Shown piece by piece: positions 1-13,902 of a stretch of DNA of 64,000 nt. Numbering within the stretch: the stretch's first letter is position 1; each line of letters begins with the position of its first letter. Made by a program: the position numbers and the translations under genes. The stretch is taken from contig OZ037767.1 of NCBI GenBank assembly GCA_964035545.1, positions 18,878,259 to 18,942,258 on the forward strand, read 5' to 3'. Origin of the DNA: Bugula neritina. Lineage: Eukaryota > Animalia > Bryozoa. The notes beneath the pieces were generated by a model, which saw nothing but the letters and a program-made list of their open reading frames with translations, was not told the origin of the DNA and made no database searches.

Positions 1-2174
1 TAATATATAACTAAAGTTCAGTAAGACAAAACCCATGTGCTTCTAGTAAACTCTCTTATTAATAAAAGAAAGATTTAGATTACAATCAAATAAGTAATCA
101 TTAACATTCTGATAATCGCATTCAGTAGTCTGAGTGGCAATCATAACCCTAATGAAATATGATTGATAATATTATCCACAAAACAGTAATCATAATGATA
201 ATGTGTTAAATTCGACTTCCAACCTGAGTCTTAATTTATCACGCTAACTATCAGTGTCAGTACTAGCAGTAGTAGCATAAGTAGCTGTAGAAACGTTATT
301 CTTCATTATTAATATTGATTTTTTCATTAATACTATTAAATTTAGCATTAATATGACTACGAGTATCAGTTTGAGCATGAAAAATTATCATCATGTGTGG
401 TGTAGTGAGGCAAAAGGAAATAAAGTGTACAAAAAGCAAACTACATAGTCAAAAGGATGTTGAAAATATAAAGTTAAAAATCAAAATTGCCAAAATATAC
501 AACACACAGTCTAATTCTTTTGGAAAGCAAGCTGGTGGCTAATTAGCCTGACGCAGGAGAAGCAATTGCATTAAACACAGTAATATGGCGAGGCAATGTT
601 GATTGTGGCTGGGTGTTTTTTATTCCTTTTTACCAGCAATAGTTCTAGAATTTTTATAAAACGCGTGGTCAAAAGCAAATTCGGTCAAAATACACTTAAT
701 TGGTTCATAAAAGATTTAAGTTAGCCGTTAATTTTTTTAGCAATAGTGCTTTATGCAACTTTACTTTGATTTTGCATAGTAATATCAGGGACATAGTTCC
801 ATCAATTTAATTTGAGAATAGTTCACAATGTTGATGGAATTGCTCCAAATTTTTAAATGTGATAATTATAAATAAATAGCTCACAATTCACAACTATACA
901 GCATGGTAGTCGAAACTACATTTCTGTAAAGGCTTATTTTAGTCGCCATTCTAAGTTATTTATTGTCCACACCCTTGCTTGAAGACTGCTCTGTTTGCAG
1001 CTGATTGTTGACAATATACCTCTTTCTCAAACTGTGTATCAGACAATGTTATGCTTATAACATGCTTAAAACACTGGACTTCCTTTAGCTCTGTATTGTC
1101 AATAGAGACCTACTGTTGGTAATATAATTTACAGGGAGCTGGTTGAAAGATAACTCTAATTTTTCAAACTTACTCAAGACCAGAACTATAGTTATAACTT
1201 AGTATGCATTGTACTTACTTTCACTTTAAGGTTTGATAAATTCAATACTAATACTAGTACTACATTAATAATGATAATCATGCTTAACTTGAAATAAAAA
1301 CTAACACCATTATTCGACTCAATGAAAAAGTAATAAGTATTACAGTATTAGTAGGGCCTATGGGTAAAACTATAAGCATTGCTATGGCTACTGCTGATCT
1401 TATAGTAATCTTATAGTAATAGTAATACTAATAGGATTAAAAGCTGAAATTCCATATAGTTTTACTTAGTCTTATACTACTAATAGACGAACACTTACAT
1501 AATTCTAGTTTATACTCAGTCATTGTCATACTTAATGGCCATTTAATTTTATTCAATTTGACATTTAGTGATTTATTTGCATTATCAAATTCAATCTGAA
1601 ATTGAATATCAGTATATCAAAATCAACATGCATATCATATTATTATTACTATTGAATTTGATATTATAACTATTCTCATAGTGATAGTCATACTAATACT
1701 CAGTCTCTTAGACGTGATGTTAATAGTAATTGATAATCAAAGTGATAGTGATTCTGACTGTCACTGTGACAATCCTACCAATTTTTAGTTTAACAGTGAC
1801 ACTGATAAAGATGGTCATTGTGACAAGTGACAGTGATTGTGAATCAGTGAAACTGAATGTGGTTCACTTTTACTTTCGGACTGTTCATTGTAATACTTTA
1901 CTAAGTCTAATAGTATTACTATTACTATTAGAGTAAATGTAATACTAATAGTAATACTATTAGTATTATTATTAGTAATAGTAATTTACTACTTCTAACA
2001 CTAATACTAATAGCAATAGTAATACAGACTTAAATAATGCTAAGTCTAATAAATGAATAGCCAAATACTAATTCATAATCGACTAATAGTCATAGTAATA
2101 CTAATAGTAATACCAATACTAATAGTAATACTAATACTCTAATACTAATAGTTATAGTAATACTAATACTAATA

Positions 2175-2670
2175 GTAATAGTAATAGTAAATGTAATACT
2201 AATACTAATACTCAGTATTAGTATTACATTTACTATTACTATTACAAATCAATACTAAAAAGCGGAATAAATCGGAATAAATGAATAAATTATAATTATC
2301 ATAATTACAATTTGAATTACTCAAAGTCAATAGTCAATTGCTATTAGTATTACTATTAGTAATAGTAATACTAATAGCAACTGACTATTAACTTTGAGTA
2401 ATTCAAATTGTAATTATTATTATGATAATTATAATTTATTCATTTATTCCGATTTATTCCGCTTTTTAGTATTGATTTTGTATGTTTACTTTTAGTTTTA
2501 GTGTGAAATTTCGTTATAAAAATAGTAATTACACTGAAACTGATAATTAATATTATTATCATTTATGATTATTAGTCTCACTCTCAGTGTAATTACAATT
2601 TTATAACGAAATTTCACACTAAAAATAAAAGTAAACATACAAAATCAATACTGAAAAACAAAATAAATCG
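2175..2670. repeat. Three stacked, partly overlapping long inverted repeats
   Basis: Arms read directly: 2175-2206 with 2214-2245; 2246-2357 with 2361-2478; 2450-2537 with 2584-2670. Confidence 0.85.
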
Positions 2671-2789
2671 TTTAAAAACATCAATTGTAAATTTTCAGAT
2701 TATTCTTTGATAAAATGACATGATAATGAGTGTATAAAAATCAAAATTAAAACTAAAAGTAATGTTCAATCTAACAGTTTTTAAGCGGA

Positions 2790-3091
2790 AACGTTGCTTG
2801 CCCATCTTGGCAAATCACATGATTACCACGTGGTTACCCTACTGCTCTCTCATTCGTGTCCTGGTAGACAATTCGCCTCGTGGCTTATATTTTGATACTG
2901 AACAAGCACGTGTGTTGTAGCTCATGTTTATATATTATTTACCAGCGATCGCTCAGCAATGATCTTTCCACCATAGTACCCGTCAAACTCGTTTTTCTTT
3001 ATTTTAGAATTTATGGCTTCAGTGAGTCGTAGTAGTTTCTCAGATGTATTGCTTTTGACCAGAGTGACCAGAACAGAGCGGCTAGCCTAGG
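2790..3091 (+). promoter_or_regulatory. Putative promoter and first non-coding exon of the zinc transporter
   Basis: Locally GC/CpG-richer island with M-box/E-box motifs (TCACATGA 2815, CACGTG 2827 and 2907), ending in a strong donor G|GTAAGT at 3091/3092. The ATG-containing exon at 8700 is preceded by an acceptor (TTTTTGTAG), which implies an upstream exon. The link between the two is inferred. Confidence 0.4.
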
Positions 3092-6000
3092 GTAAGTCTG
3101 ATGACACCACAGGCTTAACTTTGGATCCGTTCTAGACTTTAGTGATTCACACTGTGTCAGTGTGTAACGAACTGAAATATTATTTTAAAATATTAAAAAC
3201 TTTTTTCATGGTAATAAGTTTATAAGACTAAGACAGTAACTGTAAGAGTTACTGTTAGAGTAATTACAACTAATACTATAACTAAGTTTAATGCTAATAG
3301 TTATGTTTATATGTTAATACCTAAGGCTAATCTTATTACTATTACTATTAGTATTAGTGCTACTATAAGTATATTTATACTAGACTTAGTTATTAAATTT
3401 AATGTTATTGTCATCGAGTCACATAATGATAATCATAATGTCAATGATATTAATTAAATTGATAGTCTTGCCTATGGAATATGAATGTTATTAATAAAAT
3501 TAAATGTAGTATAAAGGGAAGTGCAAAACTCAAACTATAACTATAAGTATATATTTATAAGGCTGAACAATATTTGTGATTATGATCATGATGCAGTGGT
3601 TTGATAGTTGATATATTTTGTTGTTTAAATCATTTGCCAGTATCACTTAGTTCCTTAGGTTTGAACTTAGAGTTAATAGGTTTGACACAAGTACAAGTAC
3701 ATGCATTTACTGTAATTGTATCAACTGGAGATGGAATTATAACATTACTTCCAATCTCAGTCCTAATTTAGTTGCACTGTAATTTACAGGCATCATTGTT
3801 TTATCATCTAATTTATTGTAATATTGCCATTGGAGTTAGTGCATATGGCCATGCTAACAGCAGCTGTAAATATAACTGGTCAATTGCAATTAATTCACTT
3901 TTAAAGTTGCCCTTAGTAAATTAATATTGAATTAGTAACTTATTTTATTTATATTGCTCCGACAGTCACCCATTAGGTATATTTAAAATAGAGTCTACAG
4001 TATTTAGTTACCTTAGTTAGTTGTGACTGTGAATCCCCAATAAACGCCTAAATTTTATCAATACGCTCTGTAAAAAGCAATTGCAATAAGTTTTAGTTTA
4101 CCCACTCTCAGAATTGCAATTAATACCCAAACCACATTTAACTAAGGAAACTTGGCATCAATATTTGCAATGTTTTGGTGATATTAAAAGACTGGATTAT
4201 AATGAAATAAACTATTTTTCCCTGAAAGCTTAGTAATGCTGCTAATCTAACCTGTTGCATGCTCCGCTTCTTGTTAATTTCCACGATGGCTATTGGAAAT
4301 GTTACAGAAACAGATGATGTTGTGTAGTTTAGCCATGCTATCTGCATGTTTAATACAAAATGAGAAAAATAATCAGTAGTCTATAAAAAGTAACAAATGC
4401 AGTTTTTGCTTATGTTTTTAAATAAATTCATTTGTCCATAATGAGTAGTTTTCCAACTAGTAGATAAAACAACATGAATTTTAAGTACTTAAATGTGTGC
4501 AGTAAATTGAAGGTCCTAGTGATAAATGCATTGTTTTTCAACTATTATTGATGTAAATGGTATCATAAAACAAATTCTATCACCACGGTTGTCATCTCAA
4601 GTAAAAGTCTAACTTAGCTACACTTTGAATTTTGACGGTAATTCTTCGTCCAAAACAAAAATGCTGTTGAGTGTTTCCAGTCAGCTAAAAGCCTAAAATA
4701 AAAGCATCACCTAAATTAAGTAAAGTATATAATTATACTACATGTAGTAGTGTATACATGAAACTGTGATTTGTCCTCATTGGTGTGAGAGGGAAAATTA
4801 TGAGGGGCTATACTAACAATAGTGCTGATGAGTTAGTAATGCATTAGGATCAGATGCCATAGCAGATACTGCCAGCTTCACTTCAGCAGCCCTTGTATTT
4901 TGGCCAGGTTTGGCTGTATGTATGTCAGCTGATATGAGCAATGAATGTAACTATTGGGTAGTGTGACTAATTTTTTCAGATTTATGCCACATGGAATCCA
5001 GCTTTAAAACTGCTAATTAACCAGGATATATGTTTCCTTTTAATTTTCAGCTATGTTTATTTTTGAAACTATGTTTAAACTGTTTTTATGACAAAACCAG
5101 TACTATATAAAAACAAAGTCCATTTTCACTGTTTATCCAACATTTTACACTGGTCTCTTACAAATGATTATTTTGGTGGCTCTTGGTTAGTTTGTGGAAA
5201 TTCAGTCTATGAAATGCTTCGAATCTTACTAATACACACTATTTACAAATGGTCATGTCACAAACATAGCCTTAATTAACATCTTGAGATGTCCCATAGG
5301 TTATTTCAATTAGCTGGCTAGAGTAATATTTTTTAATCATCTATACAATAACGTATACTGAAATAGGCTAGCGTACTACTACTGTGCTGACAGTTCTGCA
5401 TTCCTAATCTAAAAGTATTAAACATTCAAGTCACAGTAGTTCCTAATGGAAGATTTATTTGTCTGTAGCTTAATTCATTGCTACTTCAGAGTACCTAATC
5501 AAACTGTATTAAACTAATGGGATAAACTGAAATTATTGCAATTTCTGTAACTAACTTATAATTTAAATGCTCTAAGAATTTAGCAATGGGAATTATGTAT
5601 ATGACCTTGTTTTTGAGAGGAGGCAGTAGTTGTTATCTAATTGCTTCATTGAGTGGCCAGCTAATGGCTGGTTCACATGTAATCCTACTCCATGCTAGCT
5701 AACTGGTCCTCTAAACTAGCTTGTAGGATATGAAATCTTGTAAATCCCAACAGTCCTGTTAAATGCTGCCTGTATAAGAATGCTAGGAACATAATTATAA
5801 TGGTTATGTCAGCCTCTAACCACAATCTTCTCGATGGTTAAATAGTCTAGACAAGGCGGAGTCGGATTGGCTTGTTTCAGATCAGCTGACTTTTACTTTT
5901 TACCCCCAGTTTCAAAGTTTTGGAAAAGCCATCGTCATTGTTTTAACAATTGATTTTTCAATGTGAGAAATGAAACATATTATTTAGCTAAGGGTAACTG

Positions 6001-6862
6001 CAAACGTGTAGAGTGTAGACATAGCTACACGTAACTGCAGATTTTTGTGTTTAACTTGGTGTTTGAACATGGGCATGTGATTGTTGAATTAACTTTTCAT
6101 CCTAGCAATTTTACATGATCTAATCTATCTGTTGGCACTGCAACTTTGATCTATTATTTGACATTCCCCAGTCTCTCTAAGCACCTGCAACTGCCGGGTA
6201 TTCAGGGTGATAGATATTATTTATCTTTAAGCTTTTAGTATTAATAATAAAATATGAAATAATACTATACTAGTACTTACTAATCAGTGAACCGTGTTAA
6301 TGCTAGAACGCTTATTGTACTTACTAACTGGAATTTCCTCTAGTAAACCTTTCAGTTACTTGTGTCTGTTTTTAACCTATGCAAATAGTACAGTAGTCTT
6401 AATTATATTTCTATTAAGTAGTAATAGTTTGTAGAACTTTTTGTTTTTTTTAACCAATGGGCTTTCATCATCAGTTATTATATTTACGAACAAACATTTA
6501 TACTGCCTTCCTTTCACTAGGCAGGTAAATATTTAGTTATACTGCAGCCAACTTGCACTAAACTTGATAACATAATTCCAGGAACTCTTATAGGAATATG
6601 TAACTAATGGTATTTTAATTTCATTTTAAGCACACCATTAGCTAATGCATTTTCATGAAAAGAGAGTAGAAGTAGAAACACAATATTACGTTATATAGAG
6701 CTAGACAGTCGTCTATTTCGTTAATTAGGACTTGAAAGTCATTTGTCATCAGGCGTCAACTTACATGAAATATTCAATCAATTTGTACCTATTTTAGGTT
6801 TGCAATGTTTAATATGGATCTCAAAAAATAATTGCTTTGTTTTATAGGCAATTCTAATACTA

Positions 6863-6975
<113 letters not shown>

Positions 6976-8767
6976 ATAATATGAAAACTGCCTTTTGGCA
7001 AGCCCTTTTCAACCACTGAATGGTTATCCAAGTGTATAAAGAGCATGTTATGCTATTCCATGGGTATAGAAAGTTGACAAGTTATAATCATGTTACCACC
7101 ATGAGATGTCAGATAAGCACGTGATTTGCCACAGTCTTGTAATTATGTAACACTGACAGTGAATGTTGACATACCAGAGCATGTAAACATCCTAGTTGAG
7201 CAACCGTATATAATATTGCATCAAATGCTATTTAATTGAACTAATAGTAGGTTAGCTTTTTTCAAAGTGATATATATTGCGTTTTGACTTTTTTGCTTTT
7301 TTCGTGTGCTCCTTACAGCTCGTACAACTGTAGTTACATGTTTTTCAGTAACTTTAATAGTTTATCCAATATATAATATATAGTAATAATATTAGTCTAT
7401 TCTTTCCCTTATGTTTAAACTTCGTTTTATATTTCTACTTTCAGATCAAATATTAAAAATCCTGTTCTGACTCCTCATTGCAGGGGCTAATTTTGTTAGT
7501 TTTGAAGGCAACGGCTTCAACACATTGGAATGCAAGTTCTCATAGCCAACAGTGTCTATGCTAGCCATATAGGAAAAATATGTTGTCATCCTGTTGTGTT
7601 CAAACTCATTTCTTAGTTTTAGTTAAATATTATTTAGCTAATATCAAACTTTTGCACTGTTGGTATTTTCAGTGTAGCATACAGCTAGCTGAAGGTGTTC
7701 AACTAGTATTGGAAGCAGTTTTGTGTACTTTGATACTGAGTGATGTAATATTGAAAACACAAGAGAAAACCAACTAAAATATTTGAGTTTAGTGCCACCA
7801 GGAAAATTATTCTGTTACAAAACAAACACCTGTTCCCAGTGGCACTACTTATACAAAGTTGAACTAGAAACATTCAGCTCTAACTGAAACTGCTAACAGC
7901 ACTGAACTTGACTCCACTGTACGTTTAGTAAGCCAGTAGTAAGGTCTGAGTATGGACATATCATTGTAAACTGGGGTTATCTCATCATTTGACTTGTTGT
8001 GTTAACTCAATTGAGTTATAAGAAACCACTTGAATCCTCTTGTTTATCTACATTTCCATCTGTTAATTTCTCACTGTATATCTATCTATACCAACTACTG
8101 TATATTATGATCATTTAGTAGCTCAGCCTGTGCTACAGCTTCTGTCTAGTACATCTTTCAAAGCCCTTATTTGTTGCAGCCGTTGGTTGCATATTTAAAT
8201 AGTGAATAGACATGTACTAACTTACTTTTGATACCTTCTTGGTCAGTTTTAAAAGAAATGGACAGCATTGCTTTTGCATGTTTAAGAATAAAATTGTCTT
8301 CCTGGCTATAAATTGAAACAGTCATGAAGAAACTGCCAGTGCTTAATAACTAGAACGGAAGGTAGGCGTATAGGAATGGAAAAATTGAAAGAGCCTAACT
8401 GTCTTCTAGATTAGAAATGTAGTCAAAGAAGTTGTTTTCTCCCAAGAATTTCAACCGACCCAAACTAGAATTTAGTAAGGAAACTAAAGAACTTTAGCAA
8501 TTGGAATTCCTCTACCGTTGCACTTACATATTATATTATTTAGAAACACAACATCAAGCCCAGCATCAGGGAGTTGTCTACTCATTCAATTTGATGAATA
8601 TTAATGGCTGTATAATACTTGCAGTCCAACTGGTTTAAGTCCTGTAAAAGTTTTGTTTATTTTGTCAATTTTTATTAATATCTCTGTGTGTTTTTGTAGA
8701 TATTGACCCTCGGATATACTTTACTGTGCCATTCACTAACTAATCAGACCTAAGGCTAATCTCAGAC

Positions 8768-11700
8768 ATGGGGGATGACAGCTCACCGTATCGATATCAG
8801 CGCCTTTCTGGGGGAGAAGCTGAAGTAGTGTTCAGGTATGAGTAGTATTATATATCTAGAGTCTAGACTCTATACTATATATTCTGACTGACAGCTGTAG
8901 AACAGGATATTATGGCAACTCTGGCTAGTGCTCTTTTTAATATTTGTCATCTCCCTTAGATAAAAGTGCTAGTTTGAGTGAGTGAGTCAGTTGTCTAAAG
9001 GTGGAAAGGTGTACACTCCTAGGGGCTTTTTACTGATCCCTTGCATGCTCTTTAGTGATGTAAATAAATCACCTTTTCCAGTTGGTTAAGTACACTAAAC
9101 TAAAAATAATGATAATTTTTTTACTACAACCTGCTATTTATTACCTCTATAATCAGTGTTTAGGAACTTGTTATGGACTAATTTTAAATTTGATCAGTGA
9201 ACATTAATATGACTCCATGACCATGTATGACTCCATAAGTGTCTGCATACAACTCAGAGAATATCCCTTCACATTCTAAAGCTACTTTGTCTTATTGAGT
9301 TTACATCTAGTATGTTTTACTATCTCTGGTAATACTCTGCTTCAAGCAAAAAGTTGTCTTCTCTTCAAGTGTGTAACTTCTGAGTTGTCTTCTCTGTAAA
9401 CATGAAGTATTATAATATTATGCTTTATTTAGTGCTTCTCAAAGAGGCTGGATACCTTTTCATAGCTAAATGGGAGTGTTTTGCTTTCCACCTCAGTTTT
9501 GTAGCAACTAGGCGCAGCTTATTATTCAACTGGAAGTAATATACCTGTTTTAAGTACTTTACTTATTGGTCATTCAAACACCAGTTCTTATTTTACTTAT
9601 CATAAGTTAGGGTCCTAGATTTCTAGTTTACCTCAACTGAACTGCAAAATCATTTAGCCCAAATTCCATACTGCTGGTTGCATTTGGGTAATTTACTTCC
9701 CAAGCTTTTCTTGGGGACAGTTGCCAACCCCTCTCCAGTAATCTGAGCATTTCAAACCTAGGCAAAGGATATCTGAAATTAACTGAGTTAAGAAGCTACC
9801 ATTATGTTGGTGTCGTACTTCTCTTTTGTATATTGAGGTGCATTTTATCCCAGTGAATAGCGTATTATTCGAAGCAGTGTTTCAAACAATCAGCAGTCTA
9901 TTTGACTATAACTTGGAGAAGATTCAAGGACCCGTTAGTATATGGGAGGTCAGAATTACAAATATGAATAGAAAACAACAAAAAGATGATTGATACCCAC
10001 TAGCTTGTGGGGACCATTTAAGTTTAAACATTTTTAATGGAATTTTTTATGTTAAAATGTTTTAAACCTGAAATTGCCTCATCCCATTCTTTGACTGTTG
10101 AATGTTGTTGAATGTTTCATTCTTTGAATGCCTTTTCTAGCAATACTTGCGCGAATCTTCATGAATATGCTATACGTCCATGGGTATTTCATTCTACTAC
10201 CATAATAGAAAGAACATAGCAAGATAAACTGATAAAGCTATTAGCAATCTACTTGAAATTTAAGTTAATATGTGACCAGCGTTCATTCCACTTTTTCAAG
10301 AATAATAAGCAATTTAAGGATATAATATTTACGTAGGAGTGTCAACCATTTCGAAATCAGTGAAGTGGATAATATATGCATTCACTGTCGTATAAGGGCA
10401 ATACAAATGAGGTCAATGGATTCCTAGTAAGACTAGAATTGATTAGTTTGTTAAAATCTTCTGAATCTAGATATAGATGGGGAGAAAGTTTAATAGACCA
10501 AGTTCTTCAAAAATTCCCTTAGAAAAGAGCTACTGGTTGTAAGACAGTTTATAAAGAACACAAGCTTTTTTCAAATTTCTTTTTCCTGGCCTTCTTCACT
10601 AACCTTGACCTTAGGCTGTACTCATTTGTAAAGTTCAACCTCTTAAGTAAAGAAAGATGCTCAGTAAAATTGTAATAATGAATCTATAAAATGTACTTTT
10701 CCAGTAGCTCAAAATCAAAAAATCTAAACTAGTAAAAACTCAAACATAATCTTTTAAAAATAAAATCCCAAAAATCACAGACACCGTTTGTAGCTCCTGA
10801 ACCTGCATTGTATATCCCAAGGCAGTGATAAGTTTTCCCCACAATCTTTGCATATAAACCTGGACTCTCTAAGAAGGTTTTCAGCTGTTACTGTGACAGT
10901 TTGAGAGTGCCTGCTGAATAAGTCAAGGGGGATAAAACTTATTAATAGATGTCACCAGGTGTCATAATCTCAATAGCTGACTGCTGTGTAGATGCTGACT
11001 CTAAAGTCTAAACTATCTCGGGACTCAACTGCTATATACAGCTGAATACATTAGCTTAGTTTTTATAATTCACTATAAAATTAAAACTGTTTATTAAAAG
11101 ATGGATTCAGCCCAAGTATTTGTGTATTTGAACTTTCCTTAGATGATAAGTTTTAATTTTTCCTAGTTTTTAAATTGTTTCTTTTATTTAAAATACGTTT
11201 ATAGGTTGGCATTTATAACCCTGATAGAGTTTTTCACTGCTTAAATTCATTGGTTGTATTATTTTATCAATAATGTAAAATGTGCCATCTGCTGCACTAT
11301 GTTACCTGGGGGACTGATACATTATCCTAAATGAGTATGTTCATTGAACTAGTTCTAGTTTAAATGCTGGTGTTTAATCAGTTAGGTTTTTTGTTTTAAT
11401 TTTCTTGTAGTCTATAAAGATAGCTACTTGTTCATTCAGTAATACTAATAGAAATGCCCTCCCTACATTCTAACTTATTAATAATTCATATTGGTTATTT
11501 GTGATAACACTGAATTGATAATTCGTTTTTAGTGATTTATGTTTTGTTTGACTTGCGTCGTGACACAATAATGAAATATTTCTATAGTGTTTTATCAACT
11601 GCACAACACAGAAATTCCTTGGGGGTTGTGGGTCATGTAGCTCTTTTATGATTGGCTAATTTGCTGGAGGCTTGAGCGAACTCTGAAATCAAAATCAGTT

Positions 11701-13863
11701 AGCTGCTTCTAGTTTCTGAGGCAGGTTTTGTCACAGACTCGGATAATTCTCTTAGCTGCGATGGAAAGGATGAAAAAGACATTTAGTTTGCTTCAGGGTC
11801 GACTATTTAATTCACCTGATAAATATAAGAAATTAGAAGAGGCTGGACTGAAAGGTAGCAGAATGACGGAGCTGAGTCGGTCTTCATCCAGCATCTGTAC
11901 TATGTAAGAGCGTAGAAGGAGTTGTGCAGAAAGATTTATTTTACTAATCATTACGTAATGCATACATTTATATACATATACGTATACAATATACATCTGT
12001 ATATGTATATACATATACATATCTATGCATATATGCATATACATATGTATGCATATATACATATACAGATGTATATGTATATACATATACATATACATAT
12101 GTATGCATATATTATGTATATACATATGTATGCGTATATACATATACAGATGTATGCACATATACATATATATGCATATACATATAAATATGTATATGCA
12201 TATGTAGATGTATATAACACGTTTTAACTTATAAGCATTCACTTGAAATCTATCTCACTAGTCACTTGCCCCTGACTTGCGAAGTTAGCTAGTAGAACGG
12301 AGAAATATTTTATGAGTATATTATTAAATATACTAAACATTGCTTTTGGATAATAATGTATACATATACATGCATAAATGTATATAGGTAAACATTAGTA
12401 TGCACATGCATATCTGCTCATGTGTGTGCTTGTATGTAGATGTGTGTGCTTGTATGTAGATGTGTATGTATGCTCTTTGAATTCAATTTCTTTGGAAAAT
12501 ATTTGCGGTAAGTTTATTCAAAATTTTCATTTCTCAAATCCAAATAAACAATGAATTATCCTTATTCAAGACTGCTTGGTTTTGATCAATCTTTATATTT
12601 TTGCAGCAGCGTAGAGAAGCTGCAAGTTTTAATTTTTGGCGGCAGAAAACTGCTAGTTTCAACTAAATCAATTGTTACTGTGACTTAGCTGTGGCAACTA
12701 TAGCATACTTGTAAACTGAAGGCTTATAGCTGAATGTAACATGCTTATTAAAACTATAGCATTTTTACAAAAAGCTTTATTAAGAGATAAACTCAATTTC
12801 AGGTCCTAACCATTTTTAAGCTCAAAATTCCCATGATTATTATTAAAAGTACCCATTGCCGTTTAATTTGCATGATATAAGCCATAACGTACATTATGAT
12901 GGCAAGATAATAATCAGTGTACGTGATGGTCTAGGTATATTCATTATATTCACTCAAGTTTATTAATACAGCAGGACAAAGGTGAGAATATTATAATCTT
13001 TTAAGATTCATTTGATTGGAATGCTATTTGGTAGAGACTAGAAAGTGAAACCACCAACACTTATTAAGTGTCCTTCATCTCCAAGGTTGAATCACGGGCT
13101 TTCCATGGATTGATCTCACTGAGATAGGTCTGAGACATGTGCTCAGATCGATCTCGCGGAGTTGCTTCCTCTTAAGGGAAGAATACTTTAATAGTATAAT
13201 TTTTTCACCCACCTGAGTGATAAAAGCTACTGCCGTTAGAAAACAAAATTTCCATAGTCTAAAATTTAACACCAGCTATAAACTTTGCGCAGTAAAGCTT
13301 TTATTATGAAGTAATGTGGCCAATTTAAGATAATTAATTTTAATATTTTAGCTTGACAGCTTATATAAAATTAATAGCTGTTGTGCAGATTATTCATAAA
13401 CTTACGAGACTATTAGGCTTAAAAATTATGCAGCAAATAGCTAATGAAAGTGAGTTTTACTAGTCATTTAAATTCAATTTAAATGCTCCCACTTTTTGTA
13501 TCTTCTACCGTCTATGAGATCAATCTGAGTTCGAGCTCTACAGACCCACCAGCTCAGAACAATTGAGATCAATCTTTAACGTCTTTCCATGGATCGATCT
13601 CGCCGAGGTCGATCTGAGATCGATCCATGGAAAGCCGGTGATTATGTTCAATGGCAATCCTGTATGTATTGTTGAATAGTTTGCTTAAGTACTTGACCGA
13701 TTGACTTGAATAACTACTTGAAGACTTGACTGACTTGAGGACTCTATTCCTGCATGAATAATCTCTTCAGAGGTGTGATGTCATAAGCAGCTTTGGTGTT
13801 CTCCTGCCTATACATAGTTCTGTCTGTACTTTGTCATATTATTCACTTGTAAATTGTATTAGA

Positions 13864-13902
<39 letters not shown>

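Noticed and set aside
1730-1936. Hydrophobic Ile/Val/Thr ORFs (also 56545-56784 and 60037-60222)
   Set aside because: By-products of hexamer-periodic AT-rich DNA; no splice or homology support.
6700-6755. Minus-strand CUGAUGA...GAAA motif (also CTGATGAG at about 4824, 46897 and 52747)
   Set aside because: Stem I or the GAAA box cannot be formed; not credible hammerheads.
11793-12242. Overlapping Tyr/Ile/His/Met-rich ORFs
   Set aside because: Translations of a TA/CA-rich simple repeat; the same applies to ORFs at 6789 and 13831.
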